The position numbers and the translations under genes were made by a program. A model generated the notes under the pieces. The model saw only the letters and a program-made list of their open reading frames with translations. It made no database searches and was not told the DNA's origin. This document shows positions 10,936-21,896 of a stretch of DNA of 23,717 nt, one piece after another. Positions within the stretch are counted from its first letter, which is position 1. Each line of letters begins with the position of its first letter. The stretch is taken from assembly GCA_000934665.2 (NCBI GenBank), contig KZ538224.1:372001-395717 (forward strand), given 5' to 3'. The stretch is from Catajapyx aquilonaris. Taxonomy: Eukaryota.

Positions 10936-12724
10936 TTTTCCTGTTGCTTCTTCTGCTCCAAGTCATGAGATGAAGGTGTGGGTGGAGCATCCCTGAGATC
11001 AATAAGTGGTGGGTGGGGGGTGAGTCTGCTGGGCACAGGTGGCAGTTTCCTCCAGAAAGTTTGTAGTTTGTGGGGCCCATCGGCCGTTTATGGGGTTAGC
11101 CCAAGCCTTGTATTGCTGGTGGTGGTTCTTGCAGGGAGAGAGAGAGAGACGCCTATAGTCTCGGAGGATGTAAGCAGCTATAGAGTCGGATGTAACTGAA
11201 AAGGCAGCGGTGCGTGCAGCTTCACTCCTCCACCTTCTCCCCTCCTTTATGAATATTCATAGGTGTACTTTAATTGGGGCTCCTTCAGGGCTGTGGAGGA
11301 GGAAGGGAGAACAATCGGAGCCAGTCAACCAGTACGGATGTGTACTAGCTGTGAACCACCTAAGTAGCGCCTAGGGGACGCATCCCACAGGGTGTTTCAA
11401 AAAGATATCCGAAAATTCTAATTTTGTGACATTTGTGATCCAAATAGGATATTATGCAGCAGGGGGTGGAAACGTGTGCATATAAACGCCAATCAGCAAC
11501 TGGATGTTCCCAATCGGCTCGATTGTTTCTCCAAACCTTTTTGGAGATGCAGATTTTTTCCCATTCCAAGGTTCTGTTTTCCTTCAGCATCCTTCCTCCA
11601 CATTGGAAATGCATGCAAATCCTCCTCCTCCCCGGTGCCTGTGGCCTCCTTACAACGGCATGGATCCAGATTTATTTTCCATAATAATCCCGTTCCCGGA
11701 AGCCGGTGGGGTAATTAAGGAAGAGGAGGAGAAGGGAGGGAGGGAGGGGGTGGTATATAGTACAGAGGCGTTGATATGCCTCCACCGTTGTTGCCATGCT
11801 GGGTGTGAGTTGTGGTTATAGCAAATGGGAGGCGTTGTTTTAATGGTTTGGCGGGCCTTTGGGTTTTCTTGAAAGTGGAATTACCTGCAGAGAGTGTAAA
11901 TGGCACCTGATAGAGCACAACGGAGCCTCGTTTTCTTGGCCTGCTCCAGATAAGGTGGATGGGAGGATGGAGTCGGAAACTGGCGTCCTTTCCACCCCTT
12001 GATGCGTGCCTTGGCTCCGATTGCAATTCAGACAAGACAGGAACTACTCGGATATGTGTTGTACTGTGCTGGTCATTAACGGTCTCGTACTGGTGGCGCC
12101 ACGAGTCAATGGAGGCAAAAGAGCGAATCCAAATGCCCTACGTATGACCGCCATAAAGCAAGTGAATAAGGTGGTCATACTGAGTGCAAATTTTGATTCA
12201 TCGCTCTTTCGACACTAATAATATCCATAATTGTACAAGTGTGGTTAATTCGAATAATTTTACAAAAAAATGTGTCGTTAAGTAACGTATTCACGCCGTG
12301 TCAAAATTGCACCTCGCCCTGTTGGTTCATCCCATTTTACAGGGTGATTCGATATGATTACACCCAACTGCGGCTTGAAACTCTGTTTGAGCAGTTATGC
12401 GGTGGAAACCTAGTAAGCACCCGGGGTGATGAGCCAATAACACAGGCACTTTAGCTAACGCACAATGGATCTTTCTACGTGTATATAACCTCACCCCCTC
12501 CCTCTATTCCTCCCACAAAAAAAAGAGATAGATCGATCGGGTTAAGAAATGGATGATGTGCTATCCTCGCTTCATCACGGCCCCGGGTTAGGCGCCCGGA
12601 TTACCATGGCACTTTCATCTCGCTTCTGTAAATAATTGAAAAGAGGGGGGGTGGGGGTGTGTGCAGGGGACGGAGGTTTTACGTAATTAAAATTTAAGAG
12701 CCTGCTCGGATGGGGAGGTGTGGA

Positions 12725-12975
12725 AAATGTGGTGATTTTTGGCTAATAGCTACTGCTGTTTAAAATCGCAGCGATCAGGAACTGTTCTCAAGTAGAAGCT
12801 ATTTCGTAAACGCTATTTGGAAACGAAATATCTGCTACTTTTAATAGCCATATCGTGGCGATTTGTAGCAGCTGTTTCTGAATAGCGCTTACATATAGCT
12901 GCTACTGATCGCAGCAATTTTGTTGACAGCTATTTTGAAACAAAGATAGCTGTTATATGGAAAAACGCCGTATCT
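12725..12975. repeat. Degenerate TAGC/GCTA-rich repeat island inserted in the C RNase H
   Basis: Repeated ggtgattttt, aatagc, tgctact, atcgcagc and agctattt motifs like those at 6015-7162; it splits the RNase H motif series. Confidence 0.7.
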
Positions 12976-13681
12976 GATAGTGAAATGGCGAAATGTGCAA
13001 GCAGAGATCGATGCCATTGATTGATTCAGGGCTCGAGTGGCGTTTGACACCATCCACTTTTGGGAGCGGGTTGATGGCAGTGGGGGAGAAGGCTTGGCAC
13101 TCGACTTAGATGATTACAAAACACTCTGCGTAATGCGTTTCCCTCCACCCCCCAATCCCCACGACACGTAAAATCCGGGGATACCCCCAAGTTTCGCAGC
13201 TGGCCCAGTCTTGTTACCCGTAATGACAAGGAATATGAATGACTTGTTGGGGAATACCCCTCTCGCTCTTCCCAGTCAAGTTAATACAGTGGTGCGGGAC
13301 TCCATATTTGGATGGCAGAATGCAATATTAGTCGCAGATGAGATGAGGGATGGAAAGTCGCCCTCGCCGCATGTTGCCTGCGTTATTATGGATGATTACA
13401 TCGCTGTAACGTTGTGAGTGCGGGTAGGGGGTGGAGAAGGGTAGGGTAGGGAGGGATGGGGAGGGGGAGAGAGAGAGAGCCAAGGGTGTTTTTATGGCAT
13501 TCATTTTGTTTGAAGTACGGAGGGGGACGTTGCGGGGATTTTTCATTTGTTTGGTTGGCCCGCAAATAAACAAGGCCTGTTTGCGTGGGACGCCAATTTC
13601 TAGCCCAAATTAATATGCAGGGGCCAAGTGACGTCAATCAGATGTTTTAAAAAACGGAACACAAATAGCCTTCGCAGTGTA

Positions 13682-13737
13682 CAAAAAGCCCCCGGCTTAA
13701 ATAAAGTCGAGGTTTACGTAACTTGGAGTATTTACTG
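13682..13737. mobile_element. Very short degenerate pogo/Tigger-like MITE remnant in the C RT
   Basis: TA on both sides (13680-13681, 13738-13739). The right end reads TACAGTAAATACTCCAAGTTACGTAAACCTCGAC on minus. Removing it improves the RT motif spacing. Confidence 0.45.
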
Positions 13738-13954
13738 TATGCGATGTTCCGAAACCACAACACTTGATCCAGGTGCCGTATGGCGGGTCCCGGCTCAATA
13801 GGTGTTGGTGTATCTGTGTGGCGTTAGGGTGACCGCACTGTACTGAAGCCCAAGGAGCGATCCAAATTGTACATCAATTGGAGCCACTGTGGTTTTGTTC
13901 CAGTTTGTTCCGTAGATTCCGAGATTTCTTTTGCGCCCACCAGAATTTTTATAA

Positions 13955-13993
13955 CGTAAGTCCGGATCCGCGTAAGTCGAGGCTACGTAAGTC
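13955..13993. repeat. Three CGTAAGTC copies at 15-16 bp spacing, related to the 13682-13737 remnant
   Basis: Copies at 13955, 13971 and 13986; aagtcgaggctacgtaa (13974) versus aagtcgaggtttacgtaa (13704). Confidence 0.7.
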
Positions 13994-14889
13994 CAGGGTG
14001 TCCTGGTATTCAACCCTTTGGATGCAGGTGCATGTGATGGCTTCTGGATGGAAATTTTATGGAAAGGGCTGGCCTTTAGCAGTTGAGCGCAGGGGACGAA
14101 GATGAATCGGTCTCCTGCTGCGTTTGGGGTCCTTATCAAGCTCGCCTTATCAGACGGCCCTTCCCCCGCCAGGGTTGTTGATCAAACTCAGCTTCAACAG
14201 TTCACAGTCGAGGCGGGGAAAAGGAAGGGGGAGAAGGGGAGGGAAGCGTGTCCCGCTATAGCTTTAAATGTGTCCGCTTTTCCTTCCGTGCGATTGCACG
14301 CTGTTGCCTGGACGCTTCATGCCCAACGCTTTTGGAGAAGGCGAGAAAAACCCCAAAGTGAGAGAGTGGGAGGCGGGGGAATAGGAAATTCCGCGGTCAC
14401 CGGATTTATCCAGGGAAAATTCGATTTCCCGAGCGATTTACTGCTGGTGTATCGGGCCCCGGAAAATGCAGGGATGCTTTTCTGCAAGGCTGGATCCCTG
14501 GTTTATGGCTATGTCAATAGGTGGTGGGGGCTACTATGCCCAACAATTGAAAAAGAAGAAGAAGAAAAAATCTGATTTCACCATGGGGTGAGTTGATGAC
14601 AATGTGACGGGCCGTGACATACGGGGGGGTAAAACTGGCCGTATAGAAAAATATCTAGCAAATCATTGGAGGGTCATTCATGAATTTATAGTTAGTTGTC
14701 TCAATTCAATATCCGACCTTGGTTGTGCTGGGGATACATCAAGACGTGACTGTCCATATTTCCTATGTTCATCCCCTCAGACCATGCATAATGTATGGAC
14801 CCCCCCTTCTTTGAAATACATGACGAAGCAGGGCCACCAAATTGGACTTTTTTACGCTGCCTGGGTTACACTCTGGTGACGCGACATTT

Positions 14890-15045
14890 TCAAAAATAAT
14901 GGTGTGTCACACACAAAATAACATAACGCAAAATAATGGTTGGGATTAGCAACTAATTTCACCCAGAGCGATAACTGAGTGCGATAATAAGGTGGATGAT
15001 AACAGCTCTTTTAGCAGTAGCAGTGATCGCATTATTAGCAAACTT
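14890..15045. repeat. Small degenerate AAAATAA/TAGCAG repeat island
   Basis: aaaataatggt twice, aaaataac, and tagcagtagcagtgatcgc; same motif family as the other islands. Confidence 0.55.
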
Positions 15046-15598
15046 TTTGAAGATGTCCTTTCCCCCACATCTTGATGAATGAATCACGACCGCCAGAATG
15101 GAGACACTCTGCCGCAACACGAGCGCCATTATTCAACGCTCTGTGGGTTGACGCGTCGTTCACGTGTCACATACACTGACGGACCGTATGTTCCGCCGCT
15201 AATTAACAGTCAAGGGTGGCAGAAGCTCCACTTCTCCTCGGGGCCCTCAGCACATGGCAGGGGCCGAGGAATTTTCTTCTTCATAGGCTGAGGCTGCTGC
15301 TTTGAAACGCCCATTTCCTGAAGCTGTACCCGCGGGTACACCAGATGGCTTCGAAAAGGCAGCCCGCAACCCACCCTCTGAAACCCAGGGTGTCGGGTTG
15401 TAAACGGATCCGGTTGCAACCTTTTGCCTCTGATGGATTGTGCGATAGGACCCCGCCTTTTCTTTTTAGCCGGGTTTCGGGTAATTCGGGTGAGGGTACT
15501 GGACTTAACCCCCCAATTTTAGTGCCCATTTAAAACGAGCTGGCGCGCAGCTGTGTGGGAGGTTGAGTCGATTCTGTAAACAAGGATTGCCGTTGCTT

Positions 15599-15610
15599 AC
15601 GTTCGCGCCA
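15599..15610 (-). promoter_or_regulatory. Candidate primer-binding site of element C (tRNA-Lys-like)
   Basis: Minus strand TGGCGCGAACGT directly after the LTR; compare the tRNA-Lys PBS TGGCGCCCAACGT / TGGCGCCCGAAC. Confidence 0.55.
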
Positions 15611-15780
15611 TAAACGCGATAACATCGTACCTGGCAACGGTGCAGTTTATGCTAATTAATTGAGTACCCGGGTATTAGGATCATACAGCGGTTTTGAGGC
15701 AGAAATGTGACGTCAGCATGGACTAATTTGCATATGCAGTCATCCACCAATGAGGTTGCCGTTAGTCTTGGAATTATGGA
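15611..15780 (-). repeat. 5' LTR of element C (right boundary uncertain)
   Basis: Diverged direct repeat of 10483-10645; abuts the PBS. Confidence 0.7.
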
Positions 15781-15787
15781 GAGTTCC

Positions 15788-16017
15788 TGTTATGAAAGCT
15801 ACGTTTGAGCGCATGCATGTAACTCCAACCCTAACTTCAGGACAGGGTTCGCATTACCTACAGTGCGTTCATAATGATTGTAATTCCAACACTTGCTGCG
15901 CCATCTTGATGCGCACTTGTGTACGAACAACCCTTTTTCATCACCTACTGTTATCTGTCCCCTTTCTGTCCAAATTAGTAGCCATTTAATTACGCGCGTG
16001 GTCCACTATGGGGGGCA
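15788..16017 (+). repeat. Candidate 5' LTR of element D
   Basis: TGTTAT...CA. Collinear similarity with 21701-21896: cagggttcgcatt..cagtgcgttcataat / cagggtgagccatcaggtgcatgtataat; gcgccatct in both. Confidence 0.55.
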
Positions 16018-16021
16018 CTTT

Positions 16022-16031
16022 TGGCGATGAG
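16022..16031 (+). promoter_or_regulatory. Candidate PBS of element D (tRNA-Ser(GCT)-like)
   Basis: TGGCGATGAG, one C>T change from TGGCGACGAG, 4 nt after the putative LTR CA end. Confidence 0.5.
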
Positions 16032-18129
16032 CTCTGATGTCAACACTGTGTGACCCTTTGAGAGTTAGAGCCCCGGATTTTTACGGGCTCCCTGTGACAT
16101 GAGGCCGGAGAAGACTGATGGCGAGCTTCCGGAAAGACAGCTTAGGAGATTCCGTCTGATTGGCCCGGACGCGACCAAAAAGGGAAAATCCTCTCCGGGC
16201 AATACGGGGGGGAGGGGGGGAAAACTCGGAGAATCAGAGATCAGAGAGAAAACTGCATCTATCCATCTATTCCGACCACCACCAACCTGGACTCTCTCTC
16301 TCTCTCTGTAACTCCCAGCGCGCCAAATCAAAGAGCTCATTTGAGAAGACATTCCATTACGGGGAGTCCCCTGGAAAGGATACTCTGAGGACCCAGGTTG
16401 CCTTTTCTCCCCCTCTGTCTCTCCTTATGGCAAGAGTAGGAGAAGGGGAGGGATATTCCGGAGATATCCACTGCTGGAATCATGGACGACTTTTACTCTT
16501 TATCAGGAGTGAGAATCTGGGCAAGGGCCGTAAAGAAAGAGGTTCTATTTATTGCCAGGATCTCGCGCTTTAGGAACTAACCAATATTTTAAGCAGCGGC
16601 TCACTGTGTGGAAAGGAGCCAAAAATAGCCTCTGACCATTTCCCACACATTTGAAAAAAATAGGCCGGCTTTATAGGGGGACGCTATTTGGCTGTGAGAT
16701 GGCCATGTTTTGGATGTGTTTAGGTAAAAATGGCAACGGGTTACCATGGCAGATTGGCACAGCCACAATAACGTTCGTTGGCCTTTGGCGCACAATACGG
16801 ACAGTGTGGTTGGCGATACCCAAAATCCATACAGATTACACCAACACGCTTTAGTAAAAAGTATAGCCTAGCTTAGTTTTGGCCTCACCGAACAAAAGCA
16901 AGAGGCAGAAATCGTGGTTTCAGTCCACGTCGACCGAGTGTGTAGGAGGGTGCAGGAGGCAATTTGTCAACCTGACGAAAATCCGTCGAATCTTGGCGAT
17001 AGGTCCCGATCGGCCCTGAGTATTCCGGGCGGTGCTGGAAGGACTTTCCGGATCCGGGTGTCCAGCGGACCGGAACAGGAAGGAAGGGGAGAAGAAGAAG
17101 AAGAAAAAAGGGAACTCTCGTTTTCTTATATATCCCCTTGAGGGAGTTGGAGGGAGAGTAGTTGTGGATTGCTTCCAATCTCCATCTTGGGTGTCTAGTC
17201 GCCAGAAGTCTCGTTGCAGGCGATAAAGCACGCTGCCAGCCCTTAGTGCAGTTCGACCCGGCTCACAAACAAACCACTCTAGCTTTAATGAGCTACAGAA
17301 TGCGCTTGGTCATTGCCCGTCTAAGTGGGGCCAAGGTCAAGTCTGCATCTATGACTCGAACAATTTTTAATTAAAGGTTCTGTTTTTTACTTGCAGCATG
17401 CCTCGATCGAAGGATGGAGAAAGTGCAATGTGAGTACCATTTTGAATAGTTCGCAGAATTTGGCGCATGCAAAACATCCGCTTCCTTTTTGATCTCTGTC
17501 TGATGAAAAGTAAACCGACAGTCGCGGAATTCTAGTCTGCAGCTCTTCAAAAGGTGGCCCCGATAGTGCAAAAATATGCGGCGTGTAGTAATTGGATAGC
17601 ACTCTTCATATACACGTGCATTCGTCGAAAAACCGGAACTTTGAAATTCTCAGTCTGGAATTTCGGCTGCGTTCTTACTTTGTGCCAATTTTTCCCTGAA
17701 AGTTGGGAATTTCGTCCCTCTAGATTAACTCAAAGTTGTCAAAATGAGAGCCTGGATTTTCCCACGGAGAATTAGCAGCAGATCCTTCACAGAAAGTTCC
17801 ATCTCTCGCCTGTCGCTCCACTTGTTATATTGCCCACCAAAAAGAGAAGATAGAAAATCCTAGGGGCGCTATACAAGATGTTTCCCAAATCCCTTCTGAT
17901 TGCAAGGGGCGGTCAGCAGAGACCAAAATCTGGAAATATAAGGCAGTTTACCTGCACAGATACGAAAGGCTTATTGGGAGGTTGGGATTAGAGGGTTTTA
18001 CCGTCTCTGGTTTTTGGGGATAGGAAAAAGGGGGATTCTCTCAGAGTATGTCTGGTGCAGGAAGTTTCTGGCTGATAAGGTTGCGAATGTTGCCAACCGG
18101 TGGACCTGAGAGTCAAGGGTTACAGCTTT

Positions 18130-20930
18130 TGGGCGTAAATCCTCTTTGGCAAGTGCTTCAACTGGGTGGGAGGAATTAGAGGTTTTCGCTATAAACTTTG
18201 AGACGGATTTCTCCGGCGCTTTGAGGTCGATTTTCAGTGGCCTTAAATAATCGGGCACATACATGGATATCCCCGTGGGAAAGCGGCCCTCCCACACGTG
18301 TCGTTTTGTTTACACAGATGACCCGGCTCCCCCACGATTTGATTATGAACTGTCCCCACATATGCTGGGCTAGTCGTTAAAAGAGAGGGATAAGTAATAC
18401 ATGGCAGCTCCTCTGTTTATACTCTGGCTGAGGGAAGGGAGGGTTTTAAGTCGTGTCAGGTCCGTATCAGTGCCAACAAAGCCGACAGAGGGGATGTACA
18501 GGGTGGTGCACAGGCCAGATCCATAGTCCAAAAGCGGAGGGAATGTGTTCTCCAAAAATTAGCCAATAGAAACAATCATATTAATCTGCAACAAAATTGG
18601 TGGCGTAGGGTAATTTTTGACTCCACAGCTACTTGGCTCCACATGCACCTCTCGAGGTATTGGGAAATGTGACACCCTGTACAACACACAATATTCGCCC
18701 TGTCTTCGGACTGGCTGTCTAATGAGTCTCATTGGCTGGTAAACCCCGAGGACACAAAAAAGTTCAGGGGGGAAAGAGGAACCAAACCCTGAGGGCCTGG
18801 ATGAGGGCAGGGGTCTTTGCAAGATTGGAATCGAAAAGGAAAAGTGGAAGCCGAGATGGGAATCGGATATTGTCTTTTTTCTCTTTCTCTTTACAAAAGC
18901 CGCGTATAGACCTCAGACAAGTAGAGGTCGTGCATAGTAATACACGAGATTTTTCCGGTTCAATTCTGTGGTCGTTGACCCCCTCTGTGCTGGGCACCCA
19001 GGATCACCCTTGTCGTGACTCTACACTCCACCTTCTTCGGGTCTAAGAATCTGACGATTTCCGGCATATTTTATCTCCGCCTGGAAGGATCTCCTGATCC
19101 CACCAAAAAGAAGAAAAAAACATGGTCGGAGGTTGAGGACGATGAAGGCACGCCCATTGCTCTTAACGCGCGCGCGGGGCAAGTTCGTGGCAACTTTTAT
19201 TGTTCCCATCGCTCGATTCTGTTTGCTCTGGAGCAAGCATTAACTCCGGGCAAGGCCCCAAAAGTGTTTCTGGAAATGGGCGCCAGACCGTGCCAGACTA
19301 GGGGGTTATATAATCACCAGGGGAATCCGGTGTGAACTTGCACGGGGCGAGAACCACCAGCAGAATCAGTGGGAAAATGGAGGAATTCTGGAAATGCTCA
19401 AATCCAACCAAATAACAAGGGAAAGAGACTGTTTATTTCCCTCAAGTGTACACCGAATTTGCTCGTAGTAGTGAAGAGAGAATGTCGTCTCCAGCATCGG
19501 GGGCTGATGAACCCCAAAGATCCATCATCCAGGTTGGCAAGATGGTCCGTGGTATCACAGGACTATGACTTAATCTCCTGGATAGATTGGGTTGGAATCA
19601 ATTGGAGGGAGCCATGACCGGAAATCCGGCTTCTTCTTCTTCTTACTCTTTCTTGGTGCTTGCAGCAGCCTTTTGGAGGACTCCGCGTGACGGCGCCAGA
19701 TTCCCCAAATTCCGCGGCCTCCGCCCAAAAGCGGCATCGAGAAGACAAACATTGCCTCGGGAGATATAAATCTAGCGGGGGCCCCAACTGATAAATGGCC
19801 CCGCCTCCTTGAAAAATACCCGGCAGAGAATTTCGGGCTCGGAATGAGATTATATGGTGAGAAGGAAGAAACGGACTTGTGCAGGTATGCAGCACCATCT
19901 GGAGGAGCACACTAAATGTCGCATTTTTGTAGAGACGTCCAGTCCGGCCCGGTTTGACAGGACCCAATTAAAGACATGTTTCTCAACAGGGCGTGGCATG
20001 TGTGTAAACTCGTGTCGCTTTCTCAGATTGATTCATAGAAAATAGGAGGAATATTAGCTGGACAGGGGTGGAGTCCAGACTAGGTTGGCATTAATCACCC
20101 TGCTTGTTTCCTTCGCACTGATAACTTGGCTGGCATGGTTCCTTCCTTCCTTCCTTCCTTCCTTGTTTGTCAAAATGGCTGGCGTCTGTTGAGCGGTGAT
20201 GGATCGCTCGATTATCTTTCCCCATTGTGCGTAATTGAATTCGGACTTTGGTGGCCGGGTCTCTCCAGCTGAGCCTGGGAGACCCCAGGAGGAAGAGGGA
20301 AAAACGGAATGAATTTCCAGCTCATTCCTGAGTCGAATTCATCACAACACCATCTGCTGCTCGCAGGGACATACACTGGTGTCACCGACTGTGGAAGCAA
20401 CCATATCTATTAACTCGGTGCTGTGACATGTTTTCAGGTCCATTTTCTAGGCGTCTATAGAGCCCCGTTGCTATCGGGTGGGAAAGTTTCCAATGGCCAG
20501 CATAAATCCAACAATGGCCCCGTTTGGAAAAATCATCTCGCCCACCCTTCATTTCACGGGCAAACACCTAACACTTCCGTTATCCAAGACGCCTAGCCCG
20601 GGTAGCCATTCCCCTTTTGTCGTGAAACCCATAACATCGCCCCCGCACGCACTCACGCACTTCTCACAAATATATAGGCTCATGGAACCATTTGGAAGGG
20701 GAGGGAGGGAAGAATAGAGAGAGAGAGAGAACGGAGGAGAGAAAATTGAATTTTCTGCAGGGGAAACAGCGCCAGCCTCCCCACCATTAGACCGGTATCG
20801 GGAAATGGCGGCCTGGCCATCCCAATGACCGGCCATCGGTCAGTTACGCGGGCTTCACATAATGGAGCCAGCAATCGGGGGGAACACCACCATTCCCGAA
20901 GCTGTGGACGTGCCAGTCTCGAAAAAAAAG
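18130..20930 (+). pseudogene. Degraded RT-RNase H-integrase of element D
   Basis: The best-preserved block, KDPSSRLARW..QDYD (ORF 19369..19617), matches the gypsy RNase H C-terminal KDPSGRLARW...LQEYD motif. Other motifs are collinear at about the expected spacing. Confidence 0.88.
20139..20164. repeat. (TTCC)n microsatellite
   Basis: About 6.5 perfect units. Confidence 0.95.
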
Positions 20931-20956
20931 GGAGAGACGGAATTCTGCCAGAAGCG

Positions 20957-21313
20957 TAATAGCGGGTCAAAAATCGCATAGCTCGTTAAAAATCGCCGTT
21001 ATTTTATGATCTCAAGTAGCAGCGACTGATAATGGGTCAAAAATAACGCAGCAAGTCGTTAAATTGCCGTTATTTTTGTTTCCAGTGATAGCGTGTCAAA
21101 AATCGATAAAATTGCGATTATTTTATGGTATCAAGTAGCCATACCGAGCCATACAGATAACAGGTCGTTGAAATCACCGTGATGTGTGATAATATCCAGA
21201 AGCAGCGATTGTGAACAGGTCAAAAATCACGCAGCAGGTCGTTAAAATCGCCGTTGTTTTGGTCTCCGGTATAGCAGCGACTGATCACTGCTCAAAAATT
21301 GGTCGAAAATCAC
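20957..21313. repeat. Degenerate minisatellite, ~5-6 units of 55-72 bp
   Basis: Recurrent ggtcaaaaat..gcagcaggtcgttaaaatcgccgtt..tagcagcgactgat units. Confidence 0.9.
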
Positions 21314-21686
21314 CCTGAGTCTCGAGACTTGAATATTCAATCGTTGGGTGGGCCTCCCCTTGTCTCCACCGCCATTTTGACCCAAATCTACCATAAAATA
21401 AGGCGTGTAACCGTTCCCCCTCTCCTCCTCTTCCCTTCCCATTCCCTAAAAAGCGAGTCGTGCAAATTTAACCCACGCCCCTGGATCTATTAGTCCCTCC
21501 AACTAATTACAGGCGCCGCGCCTCGGACGGAGTCGAGTTCTCAGAAACGTGTCTAGCATCCCTTCGTCTACTCCCCCACACTGATTCAGGGAGGGGGGAG
21601 TAGACCAAAAACCGAAGAAACATTTTGGATGGTCCAACCCAATAGTTGTACGAGACAGACAGATTGCAATGGGGAGACGTTCTCTC

Positions 21687-21697
21687 AGGAGGAGGGG
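21687..21697 (+). promoter_or_regulatory. Polypurine tract of element D
   Basis: AGGAGGAGGGG followed 3 nt later by the TG start of the LTR-like repeat. Confidence 0.6.
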
Positions 21698-21700
21698 TGA

Positions 21701-21896
21701 TGCTATACAATTGGATATAGTCCGTGCCTGTGTTTGTCCAGGGTGAGCCATCAGGTGCATGTATAATACCACTATCCAGCGCCATCTATGTAGGGGATAT
21801 GGTACTACGCGGACAGCCTGGGCAGTCTTGCCAAGTTGAGGCACATCGATGACACTCGACATAATTATCTACCAGCCCGTTGACTAATCAACAACA
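21701..21896 (+). repeat. Candidate 3' LTR of element D (alternative end 21913 or 21923)
   Basis: TGCTAT...AACA; diverged copy of 15788-16017. Flanks TTCC (15784-15787) and TTCA (21897-21900) could be a decayed 4-bp TSD. Confidence 0.55.

Larger units (their letters stand above)
10483..15787 (-). mobile_element. Fossil, near full-length Ty3/gypsy element C
   Basis: Minus strand. PBS-like 15599-15610. Knuckle WRSCCGRVSPFWRS* (~15090-15135). Protease-like LGKSNF (~14420-14440). RT: TRTPW, YGTNW, FKTSD*R, KN/PAT..KMNAI, YSDVIIH (~13385-13408), RGVFPN, WGVEGNAL..LSRVPSL. RNase H: SNAT..GIDLCL (~12995-13050), SEQAL..LRP, VLTRFP (~12405). Integrase: GGHT*GI (~12135-12152), NCNRSQ (~12011-12028), VPFTLSAGN (~11880-11905), VVRRPQAP, EHPVADW, LWDASP, TG..SPFLL (~11300), GLTP*TADGPHK (~11065-11100), FIS*L. 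LTR pair present. Confidence 0.85.
15788..21896 (+). mobile_element. Fossil full-length Ty3/gypsy element D
   Basis: Plus strand. PBS-like 16022-16031. Gag: FEKTFHY..LRTQVAF..WNH (~16340-16485), HVLDVFR, QNP, knuckle CFQSPS..VAR..CR (~17170-17222). Protease-like LDFPTEN. RT: KSSLASA (18137, cf. KSPWASP), GALR/VDF, ERDK*YMA (18383), LREGRVL, QR/MYRVV, VFSKN (18545), RIDLRQVEVV, LEQALT. RNase H: NQITRERDCL, LMNPKDPSSRLARWSVVSQDYD (19504-19570). Integrase: CRDVQ (19928), *VGIN (20080), NGMNF, SPTLHFTGKHLTLPL (20538-20582), EPF, VDV/SLEK. PPT at 21687-21697 and an LTR pair. Confidence 0.88.

Noticed and set aside
13908..13930. miR-100/miR-10-like CCGTAGAT.CCGA
   Set aside because: Only a partial match, no hairpin seen, and it lies within the C RT remnant.
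14830..14875. Tiny hAT-like element CAGGGCCACC...GGTTACACTCTG
   Set aside because: The ends match poorly and there is no 8-bp TSD.
7480..16000. Hox-like developmental enhancer landscape suggested by frequent TAATTA sites
   Set aside because: No homeobox or Hox microRNA seen; the hexamers are short and sit in TE-derived DNA, so function cannot be supported.
18495..18683. MITE defined by the 11-bp inverted repeat TGTACAGGGTG / CACCCTGTACA
   Set aside because: Symmetry stops after 11 bp, and the left copy is explained by the RT motif M(D)RV(L).
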